Below are positions 14,301 to 28,100 of a stretch of DNA of 64,000 nt, piece by piece; position 1 is the stretch's first letter; every line of letters begins with the position of its first letter. The translations under genes were made by a program, and so were the position numbers. The stretch comes from Eledone cirrhosa (taxonomy: Eukaryota): positions 375,596,001 to 375,660,000 of the forward strand of contig OZ024742.1 of the NCBI GenBank assembly GCA_964016885.1. Direction: 5' to 3'. A model generated the notes under the pieces. It was not told the DNA's origin. It did not search any database and saw nothing but the letters and a program-made list of their open reading frames with translations.

Positions 14301-17300
14301 AACTAGACAGGTTAGGTCTACCACCCAAAACACCCAGGTAGTAATGTTAAACTAGACATTAAGTCTTCCACTCAACACCCAGGTAGTAATATTAAACTAG
14401 ACAGTTTAAGTCTACCACCCAACAACCAGGTAGTAATGTTAAACTAGATAGGTTAAGTCTACCACCGACCACCCAGGTAGTAATGTTAAACTAGACATTA
14501 AGTCTACCACCCAACACCCAGGTGGTAATGTTAAACTAGACAATAAATCTACCACACAACACTCAGGTGGTAATGTTAAACTAGACATTAAGTCTACCAC
14601 CCAACACCCAGGTGTTAATGTTAAACTAGACATTACGTCTACCACACAACACCCAGGTGGTAATGTTAAACTAGACATTAAGTGTACCACCCAACAACCA
14701 GGTAGTAACGTTAAACTAGACATTAAGTCTACCACCCAACACCCAGGTAGTAATGTTAAACTAGACATTAAGTCTACCACACAACACCCAGGTGGTAATG
14801 TTAAACTAGACATTAAGTCTACCACCCAACACCCAGGTAGTAATGTTAAACTAGACATTAAGTCTACCACCCAACACCCAGGTGGTAATGTTAAACTAGA
14901 CATTAAGTCTACCACCCAACACCCAGGTGGTAATGTTAAACTAGATATTAAGTCTTCCACCCAACACCCAGGTAGTAATGTTAAACTAGATAGTTTAAGT
15001 CTACCACCCTACACCCAAGTAGTAATGTTAAACTAGACAGATTAAGTCTACCACCCAACACCCAGGTAGTAATGTTAAACTAGATAGTTTATGTCTACCA
15101 CCAAACACCCAGGTAGTAATGTTAAACTAGACAGGTTAAGTCTACCACCCAACACCCAGGTAGTAATGTTAAACTAGACAGGTTAAGTCTACCACCCAAC
15201 ACCCAGGTAGTAATGTTAAACTAGACATTAAGTCTACCACACAACACCCAGGTAGTAATGTTAAACTAGACAGGTTAAGTCTACCACACAACACCCAGGT
15301 AGTAATGTTAAACTAGACATTAATTCTACCACCCACCACCCAGGTAGTAATGTTTAACTAGTCATTAAATCTACCACACAACACCCAGGTGGTAATGTTA
15401 AACTAGACATTAAGTGTACCACCCAACACCCAGGTAGTAATTTTAAACTAGACAGTTTATGTCTACCACCCAACACCCAGTTAGTAATGTTAAACTAGAC
15501 ATTAAGTCTACCACACAACACCCAGGTGGTAATGTTAAACTAGGCATTAAGTCTACCACCCAACACCCAGGTAGTAATGTTAAACTAGACAGTTTAAGTC
15601 TACCACCCAACACCCAGGTGGTAATGTTAAATTAGACATTAAGTCTACCACCCAACACCCAGGTGGTAATGTTAAACTAGACATGAAGTCTACCACCCAA
15701 CACCCAGGTAGTAATTTTAAACTAGATAGTTTAAGTCTACCACCCAACACCCAGGTATTAATATTAACCTAGACAGGTTAAGTCTACCACCCACCACCCA
15801 GGTAGTAATGTTAAACTAGACATATTAAGTCTACCACCCAACACCCAGGTAGTAATGTTAAACTAGATAGTTTATGTCTACCACCCAACACCCAGGTAGT
15901 AACGTTAAACTAGACAGGTTAAGTCTACCACCCAACACCCAGGTAGTAATGTTAAACTAGACAGGTTAAGTCTACCACCCAACACCCAGGTAGTAATGTT
16001 AAACTAGACATTAAGTCTACCACACAACACCCAGGTAGTAATGTTAAACTAGACAGGTTAAGTCTACCACACAACACCCAGGTAGTAATGTTAAACTAGA
16101 CATTAATTCTACCACCCACCACCCAGGTAGTAATGTTTAACTAGTCATTAAATCTACCACACAACACCCAGGTGGTAATGTTAAACTAGACATTAAGTGT
16201 ACCACCCAACACCCAGGTAGTAATGTTAAACTAGACAGTTTATGTCTACCACCCAACACCCAGTTAGTAATGTTAAACTAGACATTATGTCTACCACACA
16301 ACACCCAGGTGGTAATGTTAAATTAGACATTAAGTCTACCACCCAACACCCAGGTAGTAATGTTAAACTAGACATGAAGTCTACCACCCAACACCCAGGT
16401 AGTAATTTTAAACTAGATAGTTTAAGTCTACCACCCAACACCCAAGTATTAATATTAAACTAGACAGGTTAAGTCTACCACCCACCACCCAGGTAGTAAT
16501 GTTAAACTAGACAGATTAAGTCTACCACCCAACACCCAGGTAGTAACGTTAAACTAGATAGTTTATGTCTACCACCCAACACCCAGGTAGTAACGTTAAA
16601 CTAGACAGGTTAAGTCTACCACCCAACACCCAGGTAGTAATGTTAAACTAGACAGGTTAAGTCTACCACCCAAAACACCCAGGTAGTAATGTTAAACTAG
16701 ACATTAAGTCTACCACCCAACAACCAGGTAGTAATGTTAAACTAGATAGGTTAAGTCTACCACACAACACCCAGGTAGTAATGTTAAACCAGAGATTAAG
16801 TCTACCACCCAACACCCAGGTGTTAATGTTAAACTAGACATTACGTCTACCACACAACACCCAGGTAGTAATGTTAAACTAGACATTAAGTCTACCACAC
16901 AACACCCAGGTAGTAATGTTAAACTAGACATTAAGTCTACCACCCAACACCCAGGTGGTAACGTTAAACTAGACAATAAATCTACCACACAACACCCAGG
17001 TGGTAATGTTAAACTAGACATTAAGTCTACCACCCAAAACCCAGGTGGTAATGTTAAACTAGACATTACGTCTACCACACAACACCCAGGTGCTAACGTT
17101 AAACTAGACATTAAGTGTACCACCCAACAACCAGGTGGTAATGTTAAACTAGACATTAAGTCTACCACCCAACACCCAGGTAGTAATATTAAACTAGACA
17201 GGTTAAGTCTACCACCCAACAACCAGGTAGTAATGTTAAACTAGATAGGTTAAGTCTACCACCCAACAACCAGATAGTAATGTTAAACTAGACAGGTTAA

Positions 17301-20300
17301 GTCTACCATCCAACACCAAGGTAGTAATGTTAAACTAGACAGATTAAGTCTACCACCCAACACCCAGGTAGTAATGTTAATCTAGACAGTTTAAGTCTAC
17401 CACCCAACAACCAGGTAGTAATGTTAAACTAGATAGGTTAAGTCTACCACCCAACACACAGGTAGTAATGTTAAACTAGACAGGTTAAGTCTACCACACA
17501 ACAACCAGGTAGTAATGTTAAACTAGACATTAAGTCTACCATCCAACACCCAGGTAATAATGATAAACTAGACATTAAGTCTACCACCCAACACCCAGGT
17601 GGTAATGTTAAACTAGACATTACGTCTACCACACAACACCCAGGTGCTAACGTTAAACTAGACATTAAGTGTACCACCCAACAACCAGGTAGTGATGTTA
17701 AACTAGACATTAAGTCTACCACCCAACACCCAGGTAGTAATGTTAAACTAGACATTAAGTCTACCACACAACATGCAGCTGGTAATGTTAAACTAGACAA
17801 ATTAAGTCTATCACCCAACACCCAGGTAGTAATGTTAAACTAGATAGTTGAAGTCTACCCCCCAACAACCAGGTGGTAATGTTAAACTAGACAGTTTATG
17901 TCTACCACCCAACACCCAGGTAGTAATGTTAAACTAGACATTAACTCTACCACCCAACACCCAGGTAGTAATCTTAAACTAGACATTAACTCTACCACCC
18001 AACACCCAGGTAGTAATGTTAAACTAGACATTAAGTCTACCACCCCAACACCCAGGTAGTAATGTTAAACTAGACAGGTTAAGTCTACCACCCAACACCC
18101 AGGTAGTAATGTTAAACTAGACATTAAGTCTACCACACAACACCCAGGTAGTAATGTAAAACTAGACAGGTTAAGTCTACCACACAACACCCAGGTAGTA
18201 ATGTTTAACTAGTCATTAAGTCTACCACACAACACCCAGGTGGTAATGTTAAACTAGACATTAAGTGTACCACCCAACACCCAGGTAGTAATGTTAAACT
18301 AGACAGTTTATGTCTACCACCCAACACCCAGTTAGTAATGTTAAACTAGACATTAAGTCTACCACACAACACGCAGGTGGTAATGTTAAACTAGGCATTA
18401 AGTCTACCACCCAACACCCAGGTAGTAATGTTAAACTAGACAGTTTAAGTCTACCACCCAACACCCAGGTGGTAATGTTAAATTAGACATTAAGTCTACC
18501 ACCCAACACCCAGGTAGTAATGTTAAACTAGACATGAAGTCTACCACCCAACACCCAGGTAGTAATTTTAAACTAGATAGTTTAAGTCTACCACCCAACA
18601 CCCAGGTATTAATATTAAACTAGACAGGTTAAGTCTACCACCCAACACCCAAGTAGTAATGTTAAACTAGACAGATTAAGTCTACCACCCAACACCCAGG
18701 TAGTAATGTTAAACTAGATAGTTTATGTCTACCACCCAACACCCAGGTAGTAATTTTAAACTAGACAGGTTAAGTCTACCACCCAACACCCAGGTAGTAA
18801 TGTTAAACTAGACAGGTTAAGTCTACCACCCAAAACACCCAGGTAGTAATGTTAAACTAGACATTAAGTCTACCACCCAACACCCAGGTAGTAATATTAA
18901 ACTAGACAGTTTAAGTCTACCACCCAACAACCAGGTAGTAATGTTAAACTAGATAGGTTAAGTCTACCACCCAACAACCAGGTAGTAATGTTAAACTAGA
19001 CAGGTTAAGTCTACCACACAACACCCAGGTAGTAATGTTAAACCAGACATTAAGTCTACCACCCAACACCCAGGTAATAATGTTAAACTAGACATTAAGT
19101 CTACCACCCAACACCCAGGTGGTAATGTTAAACTAGACAATAAATCTACCACACAACACCCAGGTGGTAATGTTAAACCAGACATTAAGTCTACCACCCA
19201 ACACCCAGGTGTTAATGTTAAACTAGACATTACGTCTACCACACAACACCCATGTGGTAATGTTAAACTAGACATTAAGTGTACCACCCAACAACCAGGT
19301 AGTAATGTTAAACTAGACATTAAGTCTACCACCCAACACCCAGGTAGTAATGTTAAACTAGACATTAAGTCTACCACACAACACCCAGGTGGTAATGTTA
19401 AACTAGACATTAAGTCTACCACCCAACACCCAGGTAGTAATGTTAAACTAGACATTAAGTCTACCACCCAACACCCAGGTGGTAATGTTAAACTAGACAT
19501 TAAGTCTACCACCCAACACCCAGGTGGTAATGTTAAACTAGACATTAAGTCTTCCACCCAACACCCAGATAGTAATGTTAAACTAGATAGTTTAAGTCTA
19601 CCACCCAACACCCAAGTAGTAATGTTAAACTAGACAGATTAAGTCTACCACCCAACACCCAGGTAGTAATGTTAAACTAGGTAGTTTATGTCTACCACCC
19701 AACACCCAGGTAGTAATGTTAAACTAGACAGGTTAAGTCTACCACCCAACACCCAGGTAGTAATGTTAAACTAGACAGGTTAAGTCTACCACCCAACACC
19801 CAGGTAGTAATGTTAAACTAGACATTAAGTCTACCACACAACACCCAGGTAGTAATGTTAAACTAGACAGGTTAAGTCTACCACACAACACCCAGGTAGT
19901 AATGTTAAACTAGACATTAATTCTACCACCCACCACCCAGGTAGTAATGTTAAACTAGACATGAAGTCTACCACCCAACACCCAGGTAGTAATTTTAAAC
20001 TAGATAGTTTAAGTCTACCACCCAACACCCAGGTATTAATATTAAACTAGACAGGTTAAGTCTACCACCCACCACCCAGGTAGTAATGTTAAACTAGACA
20101 GATTAAGTCTACCACCCAACACCCAGGTAGTAACGTTAAACTAGATAGTTTATGTCTACCACCCAACACCCAGGTAGTAACGTTAAACTAGACAGGTTAA
20201 GTCTACCACCCAACACCCAGGTAGTAATGTTAAACTAGACAGGTTAAGTCTACCACCCAAAACACCCAGGTAGTAATGTTAAACTAGACATTAAGTCTAC

Positions 20301-22143
20301 CACCCAACACCCAGGTAGTAATATTAAACTAGACAGTTTAAGTCTACCACCCAACAACCAGGTAGTAATGTTAAACTAGATAGGTTAAGTCTACCACCCA
20401 ACAACCAGGTAGTAATGTTAAACTAGACAGGTTAAGTCTACCACACAACACCCAGGTAGTAATGTTAAACCAGACATTAAGTCTACCACACAACACCCAG
20501 GTAGTAATGTTAAACTAGACATTAAGTCTACCACCCAACACCCAGGTGGTAATGTTAAACTAGACAATAAATCTACCACACAACACCCAGGTGGTAATGT
20601 TAAACCAGACATTAAGTCTACCACCCAACACCCAGGTGTTAATGTTAAACTAGACATTACGTCTACCACACAACACCCAGGTGGTAATGTTAAACTAGAC
20701 ATTAAGTGTACCACCCAACAACCAGGTAGTAATGTTAAACTAGACATTAAGTCTACCACCCAACACCCAGGTAGTAATGTTAAACTAGACATTAAGTCTA
20801 CCACACAACACCCAGGTGGTAATGTTAAACTAGACATTAAGTCTACCACCCAACACCCAGGTAGTAATGTTAAACTAGACATTAAGTCTACCACCCAACA
20901 CCCAGGTGGTAATGTTAAACTAGACATTAAGTCTACCACCCAACACCCAGGTGGTAATGTTAAACTAGACATTAAGTCTTCCACCCAACACCCAGGTAGT
21001 AATGTTAAACTAGATAGTTTAAGTCTACCACCCAACACCCAAGTAGTAATGTTAAACTATACAGATTAAGTCTACCACCCAACACCCAGGTAGTAATGTT
21101 AAACTAGATAGTTTATGTCTACCACCCAACACCCAGGTAGTAATGTTAAACTAGACAGGTTAAGTCTACCACCCAACACCCAGGTAGTAATGTTAAACTA
21201 GACAGGTTAAGTCTACCAGCCAACACCCAGGTAGTAATGTTAAACTAGACATTAAGTCTACCACACAACACCCAGGTAGTAATGTTAAACTAGACAGGTT
21301 AAGTCTACCACACAACACCCAGGTAGTAATGTTAAACTAGACATTAATTCTACCACCCACCACCCAGGTAGTAATGTTTAACTAGTCATTAAATCTACCA
21401 CACAACACCCAGGTGGTAATGTTAAACTAGACATTAAGTGTACCACCCAACACCCAGGTAGTAATGTTAAACTAGACAGTTTATGTCTACCACCCAACAC
21501 CCAGTTAGTAATGTTAAACTAGACATTAAGTCTACCACACAACACCCAGGTGGTAATGTTAAACTAGGCATTAAGTCTACCACCCAACACCCAGGTAGTA
21601 ATGTTAAACTAGACAGTTTAAGTCTACCACCCAACACCCAGGTGGTAATGTTAAATTAGACATTAAGTCTACCACCCAACACCCAGGTGGTAATGTTAAA
21701 CTAGACATGAAGTCTACCACCCAACACCCAGGTAGTAATTTTAAACTAGATAGTTTAAGTCTACCACCCAACACCCAGGTATTAATATTAAACTAGACAG
21801 GTTAAGTCTACCACCCACCACCCAGGTAGTAATGTTAAACTAGACATATTAAGTCTACCACCCAACACCCAGGTAGTAATGTTAAACTAGATAGTTTATG
21901 TCTACTACCCAACACCCAGGTAGTAACGTTAAACTAGACAGGTTAAGTCTACCACCCAACACCCAGGTAGTAATGTTAAACTAGACAGGTTAGGTCTACC
22001 ACCCAAAACACCCAGGTAGTAATGTTAAACTAGACATTAAGTCTTCCACTCAACACCCAGGTAGTAATATTAAACTAGACAGTTTAAGTCTACCACCCAA
22101 CAACCAGGTAGTAATGTTAAACTAGATAGGTTAAGTCTACCAC
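8360..22143 (+). repeat. Higher-order duplication: ~8360-14465 recurs at ~15990-22143 (offset 7584/7631/7678)
   Basis: ORF pairs 8595/16226, 9153/16737, 9840/17471, 11313/18991 and 12740/20418. Shared variants CCAGAGATT, TCTACTACC, AGGTTAGGTC and ACCAGCCAAC. Offsets differ by whole 47-bp monomers. Confidence 0.88.
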
Positions 22144-25100
22144 CCAACAACCAGGTAGTAATGTTAAACTAGACAGGTTAAGTCTACCACACAACACCCA
22201 GGTAGTAATGTTAAACCAGACATTAAGTCTACCACACAACACCCAGGTAGTAATGTTAAACTAGACATTAAGTCTACCACCCAACACCCAGGTGGTAATG
22301 TTAAACTAGACAATAAATCTACCACACAACACCCAGGTGGTAACGTTAAACTAGACATTAAGTCTACCACCCAACACCCAGGTGTTAATGTTAAACTAGA
22401 CATTACGTCTACCACACAACACCCAGGTGGTAATGTTAAACTAGACATTAAGTGTACCACCCAACAACCAGGTAGTAATGTTAAACTAGACATTAAGTCT
22501 ACCACCCAACACCCAGGAGGTAATGTTAAACTAGACATTAAGTCTACCACCCAACACCCAGGTAGTAATGTTAAACTAGACATTAAGTCTACCACCCAAC
22601 ACCCAGGTGGTAATGTTAAACTAGACATTAAGTCTACCACCCAACACCCAGGTGGTAATGTTAAACTAGACATTAAGTCTTCCACCCAACACCCAGGAAG
22701 TAATGTTAAACTAGATAGTTTATGTCTACCACCCAACACCCAGGTAGTAATGTTAAACTAGACAGGTTAAGTCTACCACCCAACACCCAGGTAGTAATGT
22801 TAAACTAGACAGGTTAAGTCTACCACCCAACACCCAGGATGTAATGTTAAACTAGACATTAAGTCTACCACCCAACACCCAGGTAGTAATATTAAACTAG
22901 ACAGGTTAAGTCTACCACACAACACCCAGGTGGTAATGTTAAACTAGTCAGGTTAAGTCTACCACCCAACAGTCAGGTAGTAATGTTAAACTAGACAGAT
23001 TAAGTCTACCACCTAACACCCAGGTAGTAATGTTAAACTAGACAGTTTAAGTCTACCACCCAACAACCAGGTAGTAATGTTAAACTAGACAGGTTAAGTC
23101 CATGTTACAGGTAGTAATGTTAAACTAGACAGTTTAAGTCTACCACACAACACCCAGGTAGTAATGTTAAACTAGACATTAACTCTACCACATAACACCC
23201 AGGTAGTAATGTTAAACTAGACATTAAGTCTACCACCCAACACCCAGGTGGTAACGTTAAACTAGACAATAAATCTACCACACAACACCCAGGTGGTAAT
23301 GTTAAACTAGACATTAAGTCTACCACCCAACACCCAGGTGGTAATTTTAAACTAGACATTACGTCTACCACACAACACCCAGGGGGTAATGTTAAACTAG
23401 ACATTAAGTGTACCACCCAACACCCAGTTAGTAATGTTAAACTAGACATTAAGTCTACCACACAACACCCAGGTAGTAATGTTAAACTAGACATTAATTC
23501 TACCACCCACCACCCAGGTAGTAATGTTTACCTAGTCATTAAATCTACCACACAACACCCAGGTGGTAATGTTAAACTAGACATTAAGTGTACCACCCAA
23601 CACCCAGGTAGTAATGTTAAACTAGACAGTTTATGTCTACCACCCAACACCCAGTTAGTAATGTTAAACTAGACATTAAGTCTACCACACAACACCCAGG
23701 TGGTAATGTTAAATTAGACATTAAGTCTACCACCCAACACCCAGGTAGTAATGTTAAACTAGACATGAAGTCTACCACCCAACACCCAGGTAGTAATTTT
23801 AAACTAGATAGTTTAAGTCTACCACCCAACACCCAGGTATTAATATTAAACTAGACAGGTTAAGTCTACCACCCACCACCCAGGTAGTAATGTTAAACTA
23901 GACAGATTAAGTCTACCACCCAACACCCAGGTAGTAACGTTAAACTAGATAGTTTATGTCTACCACCCAACACCCAGGTAGTAACGTTAAACTAGACAGG
24001 TTAAGTCTACCACCCAACACCCAGGTAGTAATGTTAAACTAGACAGGTTAAGTCTACCACCCAAAACACCCAGGTAGTAATGTTAAACTAGACATTAAGT
24101 CTACCACCCAACACCCAGGTAGTAATATTAAACTAGACAGTTTAAGTCTACCACCCAACAACCAGGTAGTAATGTTAAACTAGATAGGTTAAGTCTACCA
24201 CCCAACAACCAGGTAGTAATGTTAAACTAGACAGGTTAAGTCTACCACACAACACCCAGGTAGTAATGTTAAACCAGACATTAAGTCTACCACACAACAC
24301 CCAGGTAGTAATGTTAAACTAGACATTAAGTCTACCACCCAACACCCAGGTGGTAACGTTAAACTAGACAATAAATCTACCACACAACACCCAGGTGGTA
24401 ATGTTAAACTAGACATTAAGTCTACCACCCAACACCCAGGTGGTAATTTTAAACTAGACATTACGTCTACCACACAACACCCAGGGGGTAATGTTAAACT
24501 AGACATTAAGTGTACCACCCAACACCCAGTTAGTAATGTTAAACTAGACATTAAGTCTACCACACAACACCCAGGTAGTAATGTTAAACTAGACATTAAT
24601 TCTACCACCCACCACCCAGGTAGTAATGTTTAACTAGTCATTAAATCTACCACACAACACCCAGGTGGTAATGTTAAACTAGACATTAAGTGTACCACCC
24701 AACACCCAGGTAGTAATGTTAAACTAGACAGTTTATGTCTACCACCCAACACCCAGTTAGTAATGTTAAACTAGACATTAAGTCTACCACACAACACCCA
24801 GGTGGTAATGTTAAATTAGACATTAAGTCTACCACCCAACACCCAGGTAGTAATGTTAAACTAGACATGAAGTCTACCACCCAACACCCAGGTAGTAATT
24901 TTAAACTAGATAGTTTAAGTCTACCACCCAACACCCAGGTATTAATATTAAACTAGACAGGTTAAGTCTACCACCCACCACCCAGGTAGTAATGTTAAAC
25001 TAGACAGATTAAGTCTACCACCCAACACCCAGGTAGTAACGTTAAACTAGATAGTTTATGTCTACCACCCAACACCCAGGTAGTAACGTTAAACTAGACA

Positions 25101-28100
25101 GGTTAAGTCTACCACCCAACACCCAGGTAGTAATGTTAAACTAGACAGGTTAAGTCTACCACCCAAAACACCCAGGTAGTAATGTTAAACTAGACATTAA
25201 GTCTACCACCCAACACCCAGGTAGTAATATTAAACTAGACAGTTTAAGTCTACCACCCAACAACCAGGTAGTAATGTTAAACTAGATAGGTTAAGTCTAC
25301 CACCCAACAACCAGGTAGTAATGTTAAACTAGACAGGTTAAGTCTACCACACAACACCCAGGTAGTAATGTTAAACCAGACATTAAGTCTACCACACAAC
25401 ACCCAGGTAGTAATGTTAAACTAGACATTAAGTCTACCACCCAACACCCAGGTGGTAATGTTAAACTAGACAATAAATCTACCACACAACACCCAGGTGG
25501 TAATGTTAAACCAGAGATTAAGTCTACCACCCAACACCCAGGTGTTAATGTTAAACTAGACATTACGTCTACCACACAACACCCAGGTGGTAATGTTAAA
25601 CTAGACATTAAGTGTACCACCCAACAACCAGGTAGTAATGTTAAACTAGACATTAAGTCTACCACCCAACACCCAGGTAGTAATGTTAAACTAGACATTA
25701 AGTCTACCACACAACACCCAGGTGGTAATGTTAAACTAGACATTAAGTCTACCACCAAACACCCAGGTAGTAATGTTAAACTAGACATTAAGTCTACCAC
25801 CCAACACCCAGGTGGTAATGTTAAACTAGACATTAAGTCTACCACCCAAAATCCAGGTGGTAATGTTAAACTAGACATTAAGTCTTCCACCCAACACCCA
25901 GGTAGTAATGTTAAACTAGATAGTTTAAGTCTACCACCCAACACCCAAGTAGTAATGTTAAACTAGACAGATTAAGTCTACCACTAATACCCAGGTAGTA
26001 ATGTTAAACTAGATAGTTTATGTCTACCACCCAACACCCAGGTAGTAATTTTAAACTAGACAGGTTAAGTCTACCACCCAACACCCAGGTAGTATTGTTA
26101 AACTAGACAGGTTAAGTCTACCACCCAAAACACCCAGGTAGTAATGTTAAACTAGACATTAAGTCTACCACCCAACACCCAGGTAGTAATATTAAACTAG
26201 ACAGTTTAAGTCTACCACCCAACAACCAGGTAGTAATGTTAAACTAGATAGGTTAAGTCTACCACCCAACAACCAGGTAGTAATGTTAAACTAGACAGGT
26301 TAAGTCTACCACACAACACCCAGGTAGTAATGTTAAACCAGACATTAAGTCTACCACCCAACACCCAGGTAGTAATGTTAAACTAGACATTAAGTCTACC
26401 ACACAACACCCAGGTAGTAATGTTAAACTAGACAGGTTAAGTCTACCACACAACACCCAGGTAGTAATGTTAAACTAGACATTAATTCTACCACCCACCA
26501 CCCAGGTAGTAATGTTTAACTAGTCATTAAATCTACCACACAACACCCAGGTGGTAATGTTAAACTAGACATTAAGTGTACCACCCAACACCCAGGTAGT
26601 AATGTTAAACTAGACAGTTTATGTCTACCACCCAACACCCAGTTAGTAATGTTAAACTAGACATTAAGTCTACCACACAACACCCAGGTGGTAATGTTAA
26701 ATTAGACATTAAGTCTACCACCCAACACCCAGGTAGTAATGTTAAACTAGACATGAAGTCTACCACCCAACACCCAGGTAGTAATTTTAAACTAGATAGT
26801 TTAAGTCTACCACCCAACACCCAGGTATTAATATTAAACTAGACAGGTTAAGTCTACCACCCACCACCCAGGTAGTAATGTTAAACTAGACAGATTAAGT
26901 CTACCACCCAACACCCAGGTAGTAACGTTAAACTAGATAGTTTATGTCTACCACCCAACACCCAGGTAGTAACGTTAAACTAGACAGGTTAAGTCTACCA
27001 CCCAACACCCAGGTAGTAATGTTAAACTAGACAGGTTAAGTCTACCACCCAAAACACCCAGGTAGTAATGTTAAACTAGACATTAAGTCTACCACCCAAC
27101 ACCCAGGTAGTAATATTAAACTAGACAGTTTAAGTCTACCACCCAACAACCAGGTAGTAATGTTAAACTAGATAGGTTAAGTCTACCACCCAACAACCAG
27201 GTAGTAATGTTAAACTAGACAGGTTAAGTCTACCACACAACACCCAGGTAGTAATGTTAAACCAGACATTAAGTCTACCACACAACACCCAGGTAGTAAT
27301 GTTAAACTAGACATTAAGTCTACCACCCAACACCCAGGTGGTAATGTTAAACTAGACAATAAATCTACCACACAACACCCAGGTGGTAATGTTAAACCAG
27401 ACATTAAGTCTACCACCCAACACCCAGGTGTTAATGTTAAACTAGACATTACGTCTACCACACAACACCCAGGTGGTAATGTTAAACTAGACATTAAGTG
27501 TACCACCCAACAACCAGGTAGTAATGTTAAACTAGACATTAAGTCTACCACCCAACACCCAGGTAGTAATGTTAAACTAGACATTAAGTCTACCACACAA
27601 CACCCAGGTGGTAATGTTAAACTAGACATTAAGTCTACCACCCAACACCCAGGTAGTAATGTTAAACTAGACATTAAGTCTACCACCCAACACCCAGGTG
27701 GTAATGTTAAACTAGACATTAAGTCTACCACCCAACACCCAGGTGGTAATGTTAAACTAGACATTAAGTCTTCCACCCAACACCCAGGTAGTAATGTTAA
27801 ACTAGATAGTTTAAGTCTACCACCCAACACCCAAGTAGTAATGTTAAACTAGACAGATTAAGTCTACCACCCAACACCCGGGTAGTAATGTTAAACTAGA
27901 TAGTTTATGTCTACCACCCAACACCCAGGTAGTAATGTTAAACTAGACAGGTTAAGTCTACCACCCAACACCCAGGTAGTAATGTTAAACTAGACAGGTT
28001 AAGTCTACCACCCAACACCCAGGTAGTAATGTTAAACTAGACATTAAGTCTACCACACAACACCCAGGTAGTAATGTTAAACTAGACAGGTTAAGTCTAC

